Of a stretch of 64,000 nt of DNA, positions 52,269 to 62,292 are shown piece after piece. The notes beneath the pieces are model-generated. The model worked only from the letters and a program-made list of their open reading frames with translations. It was not told the origin of the DNA and made no database searches. The position numbers were made by a program, and so were the translations under genes. The DNA comes from Candidatus Geocrenenecus huangii (GTDB lineage Archaea > Thermoproteota > Nitrososphaeria_A > Caldarchaeales > Wolframiiraptoraceae). Where the stretch lies: positions 128,001 to 192,000 of the forward strand of contig JALNLM010000001.1 in NCBI GenBank assembly GCA_023254095.1, given 5' to 3'. Each line of letters begins with the position of its first letter. Positions within the stretch are counted from its first letter, which is position 1.

Positions 52269-54113
52269 ATGTATGGTTATGGAAAAATAGCTGAGGTAGA
52301 CTTAACCAATAAGAAAATTTCCATAAAAGATGTTGATGAATATCTAGCATATGAGTTTATTGGTGGAAGAGGATGGACATCTTATCTAATCTTCAAAGAA
52401 CTGGATAAAATAGTAGATGGATTACATCCATCAAATGTCCTCGTAGTCGCGACGGGCCCATTAAACGCCACCTTCTTCCAAGGTGGTGGAAAAACAGAGT
52501 TTGGAGCGCTCAGCCCACAGACAGGCATCTACGGAGATAGCAATGTTGGAGGATATCTGGGTTACCGTCTAAGAAGAGCGGGAATAGACTGCCTCGTCAT
52601 TAAAGGAAAAACATCAGAACCATCATACATTTATGTAGAAGATGGTAGAGTTGAAGTAAATGAGTCTCCAGAGTTATGGGGTTTGAACTCGAGTGAAGTA
52701 GATAGAAAACTTAGAGAAAGGTATGGTGAAGAATGTTCTATTGCCAGTATAGGTGTAGCGGGGGAGAAGCAGGTCCTCTTTGCATGTATCAACGTCGACT
52801 GGAATCTCAGAAAGTATAGACATGGTCAAGCTGGAAGAACAGGAATGGGGGCCGTAATGGGTTCCAAGAACTTGAAAGCAATCGTAGTGAAAGGTTCCGG
52901 AGAAGTGAAAGTAGCTGACCCTGAAAGGCTTAGAGACGTAGCTAGGAGATTCCAAAAACAGATCTTGGAAAGCCCAACATACGACGTATTTAGGAGGCAG
53001 GGAACTATGCTGACTATTGAGTGGGCTAACAATGCGGAGGCTCTACCTACATACAACTTCCAGAAATCCAAGTACGAGTATGCAGACATGATAAGTGGAT
53101 ATATCCTAGAAAAGGTTAAGGTGAAAGATAGACCATGCTCAAACTGTATAGTTCCGTGCGAGCATGTTGTTCCATTCAACGTTAGAGGGTTAAAGAATGA
53201 GATAGGCGTAGAGTATGAGACGGCGGCCATGATAGGATCTAACACAGGTCTCAAGACCCTAGAAGAGATAGCGTACGCAAACTATCTATGCGATGACTAT
53301 GGAGTCGACACCATAACGATGGGCTCTATAATAGCTTTCGTAATGGAATGCTTCCAGAAAGGGATACTTGAAGAGAGGGATATAGGCTTCAAAGTTCAAT
53401 GGGGAGATATAGAATGCGTATCCAAACTAATCGAAATTACGGCTAAGAAGGAAGGGTTCGGAGAATTAACAGCTCAAGGAGTTAAAAAAATGTCTGAGAA
53501 GATAGGTAGAGGTTCCGAAAAATTTGCAATGCATGTTAAGGGACTAGAGATAAGCGCTTACGACCATAGAGCAGCTACAGCTATGGCCCTAAGCTACGCT
53601 ACATGCGATATCGGAGCACACCATAATCGTTCATGGGCCATAACCTACGACTTACAGGTAGGCAGACATAGCTATGATGAAGACAAAGTTGAGAGAGTAA
53701 TCTACCTCCAACATATTAGACCATTATTCGACATGCTCGGTGCATGTAGACTCCATTGGGTTGAACTAGGAGTAGACCCGAACCTGTATGCTGAAGCCTA
53801 CTCTGCAATCACTGGAAGAGAAGTACCACTAAGTGAACTATTGAAGAAGAGTGAAAGGGTATGGAATCTAACTAGAGTAATGGCTATACTTAGAAAGAAG
53901 ATAACTATCGAGGACGATATGCTTCCAGCGAGAGATTTCGAAGACCCTGTACCTGAAGGCTCAACGAAGGGTGCGAAGCTTTCAAGAGAAGAATTTACCA
54001 AGATGTTGAAGACATACTACAGGAAGCGTGGATGGGATGACCGTGGATGGCCTGCCAAGGAGAAGCTGATCGAACTTGGATTAGAGGAAGCTGCTAAAAG
54101 ATTATATGGATAG
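52269..54113 (+). CDS. Tungsten-dependent aldehyde:ferredoxin oxidoreductase family protein
   Basis: GGRG, GRTGMGAVMGSKNLKA, CxxCxxxC, EYET, DDYGVDTI, YY..RGWD. Confidence 0.92.
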   Translation: MYGYGKIAEVDLTNKKISIKDVDEYLAYEFIGGRGWTSYLIFKELDKIVDGLHPSNVLVVATGPLNATFFQGGGKTEFGALSPQTGIYGDSNVGGYLGYRLRRAGIDCLVIKGKTSEPSYIYVEDGRVEVNESPELWGLNSSEVDRKLRERYGEECSIASIGVAGEKQVLFACINVDWNLRKYRHGQAGRTGMGAVMGSKNLKAIVVKGSGEVKVADPERLRDVARRFQKQILESPTYDVFRRQGTMLTIEWANNAEALPTYNFQKSKYEYADMISGYILEKVKVKDRPCSNCIVPCEHVVPFNVRGLKNEIGVEYETAAMIGSNTGLKTLEEIAYANYLCDDYGVDTITMGSIIAFVMECFQKGILEERDIGFKVQWGDIECVSKLIEITAKKEGFGELTAQGVKKMSEKIGRGSEKFAMHVKGLEISAYDHRAATAMALSYATCDIGAHHNRSWAITYDLQVGRHSYDEDKVERVIYLQHIRPLFDMLGACRLHWVELGVDPNLYAEAYSAITGREVPLSELLKKSERVWNLTRVMAILRKKITIEDDMLPARDFEDPVPEGSTKGAKLSREEFTKMLKTYYRKRGWDDRGWPAKEKLIELGLEEAAKRLYG

Positions 54114-54121
54114 ATGATATC

Positions 54122-55297
54122 CTAGCAGAACTTCACAGTCTTGAATCTCTCCAGTAATGCCTGTACTTCTCTTTTTATCTTCTTTGGATCTTCACCCTCC
54201 ATAGCCCTGTAGACTAGCTTAGCAATCTTCTCCATCTCTCTCTTACCCATCCCTCTCCTGGTAACCTCGTTTGTTCCAAACCTGACCCCTGCATCGGCTA
54301 TTATCCCACATTCCTCAAGCCTATCTCTAACCTTAATTTTCGCTTCATCATCCTGAATATCGAGCACGATTTGATGGCTTTCAGTATATCCTCTATCCCT
54401 AGCTTTGATGCTTATCCCGATTGAAGCTAGAGAAGCGGCAAGATACTTAGCATTCTCTACTATCTTCGTTGCGTAGGCCGACCCATACTTCAGCATTTCT
54501 TCAACAGTTACAGCGTATGCTGCCAATCTGTTTAAATGAATATTATCAACAATTTTGTGGTAAAGGTTTCCTGAAAGCTTTTCATATACTTCTTTGTCGT
54601 TTGTGTAGACTACTGCTCCCTGAGGTCCTGGAAATGTTTTATGAGTTGAGGCATAAACTAGGTCTGCCCCCTCTCTTAAGGGGTCTTGGAAGACGCCGCC
54701 AGCAATCAACCCTAATACATGAGAGCCATCATAAGCTAGCACTCCTCCATAACTATGGACTATATCTGAGAATTCTCTAACTGGATGCGGGAAAATTATC
54801 ATGCTTCCACCTAAGACTACTAGCTCGGGTTTCTTTTCCTCGATTACCCTTAAACTATCTTCTATTAATGGCGTAAAGTATTCATTCGAGGAAGGCAGCT
54901 CTATCAATTCTGCCCCGACTATGAGCGGTATCCTATCCTTCTCATATCCTGGATATCCACCTTTCTCCGATGGTAGAGTTGCTAGCCTTTTATCTTTCGC
55001 AAAAGTATGAGATACGAGTATGGCGGCAATATGTCCTGAGAGCGGTTCTAGGAGTACATAGTCTGCTTTAAACAGTCTACGAGTTAACTCTTCAGCGTAA
55101 TTCCATAATTCATGTACATATCTCGTCCCACCATAGAACTCGGGTCTGAGAGCATATCTTCCAGCGAGATCCGTAGATAAAGCTTTCAATGCTCTTGGAC
55201 TTAAGATGTTCTCACTAGGTATCAAGTTTAAGACTCTACGTCTATATTTTTCGTGAGTTCTAATAATGTTCCATGCGTCCTGTTGTTTCTTACTCAT
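54122..55297 (-). CDS. glyA: Serine hydroxymethyltransferase (archaeal)
   Basis: LNLIPSEN, YGG, DGSHVLGLIAGG, STHKTFPGPQG, TESHQ, GVRFGT. Confidence 0.88.
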   Translation of the reverse strand: MSKKQQDAWNIIRTHEKYRRRVLNLIPSENILSPRALKALSTDLAGRYALRPEFYGGTRYVHELWNYAEELTRRLFKADYVLLEPLSGHIAAILVSHTFAKDKRLATLPSEKGGYPGYEKDRIPLIVGAELIELPSSNEYFTPLIEDSLRVIEEKKPELVVLGGSMIIFPHPVREFSDIVHSYGGVLAYDGSHVLGLIAGGVFQDPLREGADLVYASTHKTFPGPQGAVVYTNDKEVYEKLSGNLYHKIVDNIHLNRLAAYAVTVEEMLKYGSAYATKIVENAKYLAASLASIGISIKARDRGYTESHQIVLDIQDDEAKIKVRDRLEECGIIADAGVRFGTNEVTRRGMGKREMEKIAKLVYRAMEGEDPKKIKREVQALLERFKTVKFC

Positions 55298-55302
55298 CTT
55301 CG

Positions 55303-55524
55303 CTACTCACCTTTCTTTGATGATCTTAGACTTGATAAGTAGTTTTTAAGTTCTTCTACATTCTCTTCATGTGAGCTTTTTCTTCTTTCATCAACGTACA
55401 AACCTATCTTTCTTGCTTCCCGGACACTTAGACCTACTTTTCTTAATTCATTTACAGAAAAACCTCTACCGACCCTGATCTTCAATGCATCTTCATGCTT
55501 CCTCTTGACAATAGGTCGAGACAT
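55303..55524 (-). CDS. rpl13e: 50S ribosomal protein eL13
   Basis: [25 protein letters not shown]. Confidence 0.93.
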   Translation of the reverse strand: MSRPIVKRKHEDALKIRVGRGFSVNELRKVGLSVREARKIGLYVDERRKSSHEENVEELKNYLSSLRSSKKGE

Positions 55525-55770
55525 CGCTACATAACAGGATATCTAGACGACTATTTAAATACATAAACCATAGATGATCTTCAACGTGTCTGCTCCACAG
55601 TTTAAGATTTCCAATTAGGCTCCCCTATGTATTGGAAGACCTACTTAAACAACCATGTAAAGAAGGGAAAAGGTAGCCCCGACCAGTTTCTCAATCGAGA
55701 TTTCTAGAAATTGTTTGTGAACGTTCGCGAATTATAAGCTTATCTTAGGCAGAAAAATTGATCTGATGAG

Positions 55771-57171
55771 ATGAAGGCGGTTAGGGAAATTCTCTTCAGA
55801 ATAAGTGCCTTATCCATTATTGTGACGCTTTTAGTCAGTCCGATGTCTTCAGTAATAGCGGAAGAGGAACCACCGATAAAAATTCCCCTTGGTTTAGAGA
55901 TGTCAGCATCCCTTAAAGAAATTATCATGCAGCACAAGGAGGCCATACACTTATACATTATGGAGGCGAGGACGCGTAATATGATCGCATCTCAGGAACG
56001 GCTTCGACTAATAGATGAGTATCATCAACAGCTAAGACAAAGAATCCAGTTGATGAACCAAGAGAGAGACAATCTCCTAGAGAAGCTGCAGAACGGGACG
56101 ATATCCCCGCAAGAGTTTTCCTTGGAGATAAGGAGATTAATGGCAGAGTCACGCATATTAGCCATATTCTCCGAGAAGTTGGGTCATAAGATTAGCGATA
56201 TAGGCAAAAACCTGTCACAGGACCTTACTCATGTAGCAGATGAGATAGTCGAAGCGAACATGCTGTTCTCTGACCAGTTAAAAGAAATGCATCAACAGAT
56301 TAGAGAGGAATTAATTATGGGCATGTATACACATGATATCTGGAACGTAACAAATTGTACAAAGCTACAATCGATTTCTAGTGCTCTAAACAAAGCATTA
56401 TCCAGACTAGAAGAAGCTAGGAATAAGCTAATGGAGAAGATCGAAAACCTGAGAAACAATATCTCAGCAATTGATGAGTCCATTCAACAATCTTCTCCAA
56501 ATAGTAGCGATTGTTTAGAACTGTTAAGCAACTTGACTGCGAGACTAGATGGATTACAAAAAGAGATATTCTATCTAAATAAGACGAAGAGTGAGTCGAT
56601 GAAGAAGTTAAGCCGGCTACGTGAGGATCTGAATCAATTTACTGGAAGACTAGAAGAACTAGAAAAAAGAATCAATGAGCTCGAGAGCCAGTATAGAGCA
56701 TTGAATAGTGAAAAAAGAGAACTAGAAAATAAATTGAATCTTAAGGGGGAAGAAAGTAAAGAGAGGGAGAGGGTAAGAGAAAGACTCCAAGAACTACTCA
56801 GAGAGATGAATAAGTTGAATACGACGAGAAGACAATGTAACGAAATAATGAACGAGATTAGGAATATGATCGAGAAGCATCTCAAAGCGATTGAAGAACT
56901 AAGAAATGCTACACAACGTTTCCAGGAAGAGATTAGAAAGAAGATAAGAGAACGTGAAGAGTTGCTCAAGATCGTCGAAGAAGTTAGAGAGAAGTGTGAT
57001 GCAGAGAACAGAACTGTAGTAAAGATGTATATCAAGAAGTCTTTACTGGAAAGGATGCTTAAGTTCCTAGAGAGCGAACTCAAGAAGATAGAGCTTAAGA
57101 TAAAGATATTGTCGAATTGGCTCCGCGAAGTCGATGAAAAAATTGCCGAGTTCTGCCAACAACCCACCTAG
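55771..57171 (+). CDS. Secreted long coiled-coil protein
   Basis: Signal peptide ending SSVIA/EE; heptad-rich throughout; several isolated Cys and N-x-S/T sequons. Confidence 0.75.
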   Translation: MKAVREILFRISALSIIVTLLVSPMSSVIAEEEPPIKIPLGLEMSASLKEIIMQHKEAIHLYIMEARTRNMIASQERLRLIDEYHQQLRQRIQLMNQERDNLLEKLQNGTISPQEFSLEIRRLMAESRILAIFSEKLGHKISDIGKNLSQDLTHVADEIVEANMLFSDQLKEMHQQIREELIMGMYTHDIWNVTNCTKLQSISSALNKALSRLEEARNKLMEKIENLRNNISAIDESIQQSSPNSSDCLELLSNLTARLDGLQKEIFYLNKTKSESMKKLSRLREDLNQFTGRLEELEKRINELESQYRALNSEKRELENKLNLKGEESKERERVRERLQELLREMNKLNTTRRQCNEIMNEIRNMIEKHLKAIEELRNATQRFQEEIRKKIREREELLKIVEEVREKCDAENRTVVKMYIKKSLLERMLKFLESELKKIELKIKILSNWLREVDEKIAEFCQQPT

Positions 57172-57253
57172 AAAACCCGCCATTTACTTAAAAATAAATA
57201 TCTTCAATTCTAACTAGAAAGTATATTAATAAAAACACTATAGGGATGATCCA

Positions 57254-58258
57254 GTGATGGAATGTAAGAAGAGAGCCTTCCTGCTGATGATCAGCCTCCT
57301 CTTGCTAACCCCCTTTCTCAATATCATTGTTTCAGCTTATTCAATAGATTTCGAAAATAATAGTTATACAATTAAGCTATCAGAAGACGGTTCAGCGGTA
57401 TGGGTCATTGAATCCTCAACTTTTCTAAACTCCGAAGAAGACCTACGAGCTTTTATGAGTTATGTCGAAAATTTTAATTATTACAAGAAGGGTATACTCG
57501 AAAATTTTACGTCGAAAATAGAGAAGATTCTAACTGATGTTTCTAGATACGTTGATAGACCCATGGAAGCCGTAGACTTCGATATATCTGTAGATGTAAT
57601 AGATACCCTAGTAGGTAAAGTGGGGAGGTTAACCTACACCTTCAAGTGGATAGGTTTCTCCGAAACGAAAGATGGAAGATTAATCGTCGGCGACGTCTTC
57701 GTTGGAGGGTTCTACTTATATGAAGGTGATTCCCTAACTATATCAATTCCAGAAGATTACTCCTTCGAAGAAGTCTACCCACAACCTGATAAAGAATATG
57801 AGGGGGCCGCTACATGGTTTGGGAAAAAGCTATTTCCAGATAAGACGCCCCATATCTTGGCTTCCCCATCAACTATGATCGAAGAAACCTTAACAACTAA
57901 AACTGAACCTCCTCAAACCTCTTCAACTACTGGATACACAGTATCTCCACTAAGCGATACCATGTCTTGGCAACCTATCGCAACGTATTCCTCTATCATA
58001 TTAGTAATAGTGGTGGGAGTAATAGTAGCCATATTTCTCAGGGGCAGGTCGGAGCGAAAGTTTACCGTGAGGGATGCTGATAGGGTTATAGAGGTACTTA
58101 GACGATTAGGTGGCTCAGCCCTCCAAAAAAAGATCGTTGAAGAAACAGGATTCTCTAAAGCAAAAGTAAGCGAGATCGTATCTGCTTTAGAGAAGAACAA
58201 AGTCATAGAGAAGGTCAGGGTTGGACGTTCACATCTAATAGTCTTAAAGAAGAAATAG
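57254..58258 (+). CDS. Single-pass membrane protein with extracellular beta domain and cytoplasmic winged HTH
   Basis: Signal peptide; EDGSA.W and F.W.GF...L.VGDVF domain; Thr/Ser linker; TM; LQKKIVEETGFSKAKVSEIVSALE wHTH. Confidence 0.85.
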   Translation: MMECKKRAFLLMISLLLLTPFLNIIVSAYSIDFENNSYTIKLSEDGSAVWVIESSTFLNSEEDLRAFMSYVENFNYYKKGILENFTSKIEKILTDVSRYVDRPMEAVDFDISVDVIDTLVGKVGRLTYTFKWIGFSETKDGRLIVGDVFVGGFYLYEGDSLTISIPEDYSFEEVYPQPDKEYEGAATWFGKKLFPDKTPHILASPSTMIEETLTTKTEPPQTSSTTGYTVSPLSDTMSWQPIATYSSIILVIVVGVIVAIFLRGRSERKFTVRDADRVIEVLRRLGGSALQKKIVEETGFSKAKVSEIVSALEKNKVIEKVRVGRSHLIVLKKK

Positions 58259-58372
58259 AGTTAGATCTATGTCTGAATCGTTATTAACACGTACTTCCCG
58301 CATCTCAGGTGAAAAACGTATTTCCAAGATTCGTGAAAAGTTTAAAGCTTCAACATTAATACTGATGACTGG

Positions 58373-58879
58373 ATGGGAGCTATGCCTAAGCATCCAAAGT
58401 TTCCAAGTTCCGTAAAGTATAAAGCGAGGGTTGGGTATGAAGGTGAATACTATCTTGTCCAGAAGTTCATCTCCGCAGGTAACGGCTTCTACGCTGTTAG
58501 AACTCCTGGTAGCGGGTCTGGCAAGATGGCTAAGCCTGATATAATCGCTACAGATAATGGAGAGCTTCTAGCTATAGAGGTAAAATCTACGAGGAAAAAA
58601 TATGTCATACTTAACCAAGACCAGGTAGGAAGACTTTTAGAGTTTTGTAGGAGGTTCGTAGTTAAATGCCCGAACTGTGATGAAGAGATCAAGCCTAAGC
58701 CTATTTTAGCAGTTAGGTTTCTGAATAGAGGCTGGAGATTTATCGAGGTGCCTCATGACTGGGATGGAAGTATCATCGTGAGAGCCGATGAGGCTTCTCC
58801 AAGACTTTTACGATCTTCTCTTTCTCATGCTGATGTTGAATGTGGAAGCTCTTCTCTAAAGAAGAAAGCTCCAAGATGA
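58373..58879 (+). CDS. hjc: Holliday junction resolvase Hjc-like PD-(D/E)XK nuclease
   Basis: G..GE, AVRTPGSG, PDIIA, AIEVKST, Q...L.EF, LAVRF; inserted CPNC. Confidence 0.8.
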   Translation: MGAMPKHPKFPSSVKYKARVGYEGEYYLVQKFISAGNGFYAVRTPGSGSGKMAKPDIIATDNGELLAIEVKSTRKKYVILNQDQVGRLLEFCRRFVVKCPNCDEEIKPKPILAVRFLNRGWRFIEVPHDWDGSIIVRADEASPRLLRSSLSHADVECGSSSLKKKAPR

Positions 58880-59180
58880 ACTGGTTTAGATAGTGGCTAA
58901 ATGTTGGAGCGTTCTTAACCCATTTCCTTTCACTAGGCTTTGATAGGTATCCTAGTTCAGCAAGATTTTGTAGCAAAGTTCCAATCGACCTTCTCTTCTG
59001 GCGGCTTTCAATGATATCTTTTGAAAGTAGGTTGACTACATCCGTTAACGTGAATACTCTATCTTCTATAGAAGCTACCGCACCCAATACTTGTATGACT
59101 TCTTCTATACCTAGTTTCCTAACTCTCCAAGAAAGCATCTTTAAGACCGGGTTATCCAGCTTACTCATAGTGTTACTCAC
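58773..59180 (-). CDS. Winged-helix domain protein
   Basis: FTLTDVV...RRSIGTLLQNLAELGYL....RKWVK wHTH pattern; overlaps upstream gene by 8 bp. Confidence 0.65.
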   Translation of the reverse strand: MSNTMSKLDNPVLKMLSWRVRKLGIEEVIQVLGAVASIEDRVFTLTDVVNLLSKDIIESRQKRRSIGTLLQNLAELGYLSKPSERKWVKNAPTFSHYLNQFILELSSLEKSFHIQHQHEKEKIVKVLEKPHRLSR

Positions 59181-60807
59181 CTCTAACTTTTCTGAGAATT
59201 ATATCTGGCTGGAGGTCATAGGTTTTACCACATTTACCACATCTGAATCTAAGCTTCATATTCTGAGAAGATAATTCTTCGAGCTCAGCTTCTGAAGGTA
59301 GAGCAATGATGCTTGCTTCCCTGCAGTATATACATGTTATCCTAGCTTTTCTTCCCTCAGATATGCTCTTCAACCCAGACGTTACACCATCTTGCGAAAC
59401 AGCTACTAAATCACTCTGAATCTCAACTTTCTTTTCATGTTCAGGTTTAACGGCTTCTACCCTACTTCTCTCTTCGATACTCCTCCTAAGAGAAGCAATC
59501 TCCTCTTCAAGTGCAATCCTCTTCTCGCTTAGAAGCTTTAATTCCTTTTCCACTCTTTCGAAAACCCATCTCGGAACAAAATCTTTCTTGAGATACGGCA
59601 TGACGAGATCTATCAACGTCTTCCGGACCCTATCCAAAAGATATGGTTCTAAAGGTTTCTGAGCTAACGCTTCACCTTTCTTAACTTTAACAAGTTTCTG
59701 GATATACTGTGATAACTGCTCAAGATCTTCGACTGTTCCCCCTTCCGGGTCTTGAAGTAGTTTCAGTACAGAGTAAGCTGCCACCATCTCTCCATCAAGT
59801 AGATCGATAATTGATTCCTTGTTCTTGATTTCTTTCTCTAACACCTCCACTTTTTCAAGAAGCTCTTTCTGTTTGGTCAGTATCTCTTTAATTGATGCCT
59901 CAACACCTATGAGCTCTGCCAATTCATTCTTTAATTCTTCGACCTTCTTACCTAATTCTTCAGACTCTCTCTTCTTTTCCTGGAGTAAGAGGTTTATTTC
60001 TCTTAGGTCAAACTTCATGTTCGTCAATTCTTCTATTTCTTTCTTCAAACTATCTACTTCTTCACTATACTTAGAAAGCTCGGATTGTACAATATCTCTT
60101 TCGATGGATAATTTCTCAATATCATTTTTCAAATTCCTTAATCCATCAACGAGACCGTATTCTTCTCTAAGAAGCATGTCCAAAGTCTCTCTTTCCTGGG
60201 ATATCTTCTCTAGAGATTCTTTGGCTTCTATCAATTCTCTCTTTAATTTCTCTAATTCTTGAGAGAAGTTTTCATATTGAGAAACTTGAGAAACTATCCT
60301 GCTCACATCGTATCCTTGGTCTTTGAGATAACTCAACAATTTCGTGGCACGCTGTAGATCTTCTATCCCTAATCCATTCTTTTTCAACTCTTCTAGTATA
60401 TAGACTGTCTTCCTTACTGTTTCAAGCGTCATGTTGTATTGCTCCATGTAAAGTTTTAAGTCTTCTTCTAATTTCTTCCTCTTCTCTAATAGCTGCTCGA
60501 TTGCGTATCTAGTTTTAACTTCTTCCTTAGTTATTTTCTCATAATCTTTTACAAGCATAGAATACGTTTTATGATATTCTTTCTCTAGTTTTCTCAATCT
60601 AAGAGCATGGTTAACATACCGCTGAAGAGTCTTTCTGTCCCATTTTAAACTATCCAGTAGCTCTATTAACTCTTTGACTTTATCTGCAGGTAGGCCTAAC
60701 TCAAGTTTCCTAGACTCAGGTACAGCTATAATTACTTCGAATTCATCTCTAGACGTATTATCTTCCCGTCCACTTTTTTCTTTTTGTTCAGTCAAAATTA
60801 GACTCAT
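59173..60807 (-). CDS. Long coiled-coil protein with C-terminal zinc ribbon
   Basis: About 400 aa of E/K/L heptads; CIYC...CGKC; no Walker A/B, no TM. Confidence 0.75.
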   Translation of the reverse strand: MSLILTEQKEKSGREDNTSRDEFEVIIAVPESRKLELGLPADKVKELIELLDSLKWDRKTLQRYVNHALRLRKLEKEYHKTYSMLVKDYEKITKEEVKTRYAIEQLLEKRKKLEEDLKLYMEQYNMTLETVRKTVYILEELKKNGLGIEDLQRATKLLSYLKDQGYDVSRIVSQVSQYENFSQELEKLKRELIEAKESLEKISQERETLDMLLREEYGLVDGLRNLKNDIEKLSIERDIVQSELSKYSEEVDSLKKEIEELTNMKFDLREINLLLQEKKRESEELGKKVEELKNELAELIGVEASIKEILTKQKELLEKVEVLEKEIKNKESIIDLLDGEMVAAYSVLKLLQDPEGGTVEDLEQLSQYIQKLVKVKKGEALAQKPLEPYLLDRVRKTLIDLVMPYLKKDFVPRWVFERVEKELKLLSEKRIALEEEIASLRRSIEERSRVEAVKPEHEKKVEIQSDLVAVSQDGVTSGLKSISEGRKARITCIYCREASIIALPSEAELEELSSQNMKLRFRCGKCGKTYDLQPDIILRKVRGE

Positions 60808-60829
60808 ATAAACGTTTGTTCCGTGGGAT

Positions 60830-60858
60830 TTATAGGTTATGCTTGAATTATAGGTTAT
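60830..60858 (-). promoter_or_regulatory. 11-bp direct repeat ATAACCTATAA x2 overlapping TATA box
   Basis: ttataggttat at 60830-40 and 60848-58 (18-bp period); proximal copy includes TATAAA 22-27 nt before ATG 60807. Confidence 0.5.
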
Positions 60859-60957
60859 CTTTTTCAGGGTATTTCGTCAGTATTATCCAGAACTTAGGTA
60901 ATCTCACCTAGTACTCTTTCTTAGATCTCTATTTGTGCATTTATGAAGTCGCATGAT

Positions 60958-61383
60958 TTAGCTTCTAGTTCTAGATTTCCTAAATCTAGATGTTCTAGGA
61001 GATCTAGGACGTCTTTCGCTAAAGCCTACCTGCTTCTCTGACATGTTATTATCTGTATTTACTTCACCCACTTGTATATTAGATGCTTCTATTGTGCCGA
61101 ATCTTCCAAGATTTAACTGCATTCTACCCCTAAAGAGTTTAACGAAACCATTAACAATTCTTACTACGTCTCCTTCGTTTACGCTATCTACCTTGTCATC
61201 CCACAGTACTAGGTTTATTGCTCCGGTCTCATCAGCTATCAATACTTCACTCAATCTATGTTCTGTCTGGTCATATTGCGATGAAACAATCCTTTCAGGC
61301 GACTTACTTACTACTTTTGCAACAAGGTTTACACCACGCGAACGTGGCGTAAGTTCTCCTATCTTAACCAAGTTTTCTACCAT
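60958..61383 (-). CDS. ssb: Single-stranded DNA-binding protein (crenarchaeal single OB fold)
   Basis: ADETGAINLVLWD, GDVVRI.NG, FRGRMQLNLGRFG; Arg-rich tail. Confidence 0.92.
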   Translation of the reverse strand: MVENLVKIGELTPRSRGVNLVAKVVSKSPERIVSSQYDQTEHRLSEVLIADETGAINLVLWDDKVDSVNEGDVVRIVNGFVKLFRGRMQLNLGRFGTIEASNIQVGEVNTDNNMSEKQVGFSERRPRSPRTSRFRKSRTRS

Positions 61384-61533
61384 TCTTAACTCCTCGATTT
61401 AAGTGGTTATAGTTGTTTCGGACAGTATTTAAGTATTTTGTTTTTAGCTAACACGACATATCTCCCCAACTGTTTATTTATGGTAAGCAATCTCACTTAC
61501 TTTATGAAGTTTTTGAGAAAAAATTTCCATGTT

Positions 61534-62292
61534 TCAGATTTTTTTAGTATGGTTGTAGAATGCTACAGCGAGATGTAGATATGCCCATAGATAGATTAGT
61601 TCAAGTGGGTGACCTTCCCATATTCCTCCTACCAATATCTGGTAATAGTATAATAAATCTACTATGCCGATGAGCATTAAGCCTATAGAGAGAAGGATCC
61701 AAGAGCTCTGTATTCTTCCCCCACCGAATATTAATGCACCCATTATAGCTAAGACAATGAATATTGCGTCGAACATCGGATAGATCGTAGAAATCGCTCC
61801 CTCGATGACGTTGCTGCTTGAGAATAGGGCTTCAGGGATCACGAATATAATCGTGACTATTACTACTATCAGCCCCGATATGGAGGATATTGAGATTACT
61901 TTCTTATTGAATGCATTCTTAAACACTTTCAAGTATGAGACTAAACCAAAGTAGATTAATGGGTAACCTAGAAGATAAAAGATGTCTGCAATTGATGGAA
62001 ACGGTATTTCTATTGAATATACCAGTACGTAGATTGCCCATACTAATTCGCCTACGAACCAAGATAACAATCCAATAAAGAAGGCAAACATAGCATAACC
62101 TAAAATGCTTCCTAATCCATACTTCCTCGTAGCAAAATAAGCTGAGAAAACTGGTACAAGAGCGTAAACGGGAAAGATCATGTTCGAGGAAACTCTTATG
62201 AATTCTCGATCAAAGTATCCATAAAGATAGATTATGAAGGAAATAAATGCTAGCATAATACAAAAAACGTAGAACTTCTCCAACTTAGACAT
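61534..62292 (-). CDS. Polytopic membrane protein (8 TM, sensor-module-like)
   Basis: W..GE..W, PFPSIADIFYLLGYP, YP.FD, W.LL..G, DLLY motifs typical of stand-alone membrane sensor domains. Confidence 0.7.
   Translation of the reverse strand: MSKLEKFYVFCIMLAFISFIIYLYGYFDREFIRVSSNMIFPVYALVPVFSAYFATRKYGLGSILGYAMFAFFIGLLSWFVGELVWAIYVLVYSIEIPFPSIADIFYLLGYPLIYFGLVSYLKVFKNAFNKKVISISSISGLIVVIVTIIFVIPEALFSSSNVIEGAISTIYPMFDAIFIVLAIMGALIFGGGRIQSSWILLSIGLMLIGIVDLLYYYQILVGGIWEGHPLELIYLWAYLHLAVAFYNHTKKI

Noticed and set aside
55608-55637. Hairpin ttccaat-tagg-ctcc-ccta-tgt-attggaa
   Set aside because: Single imperfect stem, superficially like a CRISPR repeat end but with no second copy and no cas genes
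59173-60807. SMC/Rad50 annotation for the coiled-coil proteins (also 55771-57171)
   Set aside because: No Walker A/B, signature motif, hinge or central zinc hook; the second protein has a signal peptide
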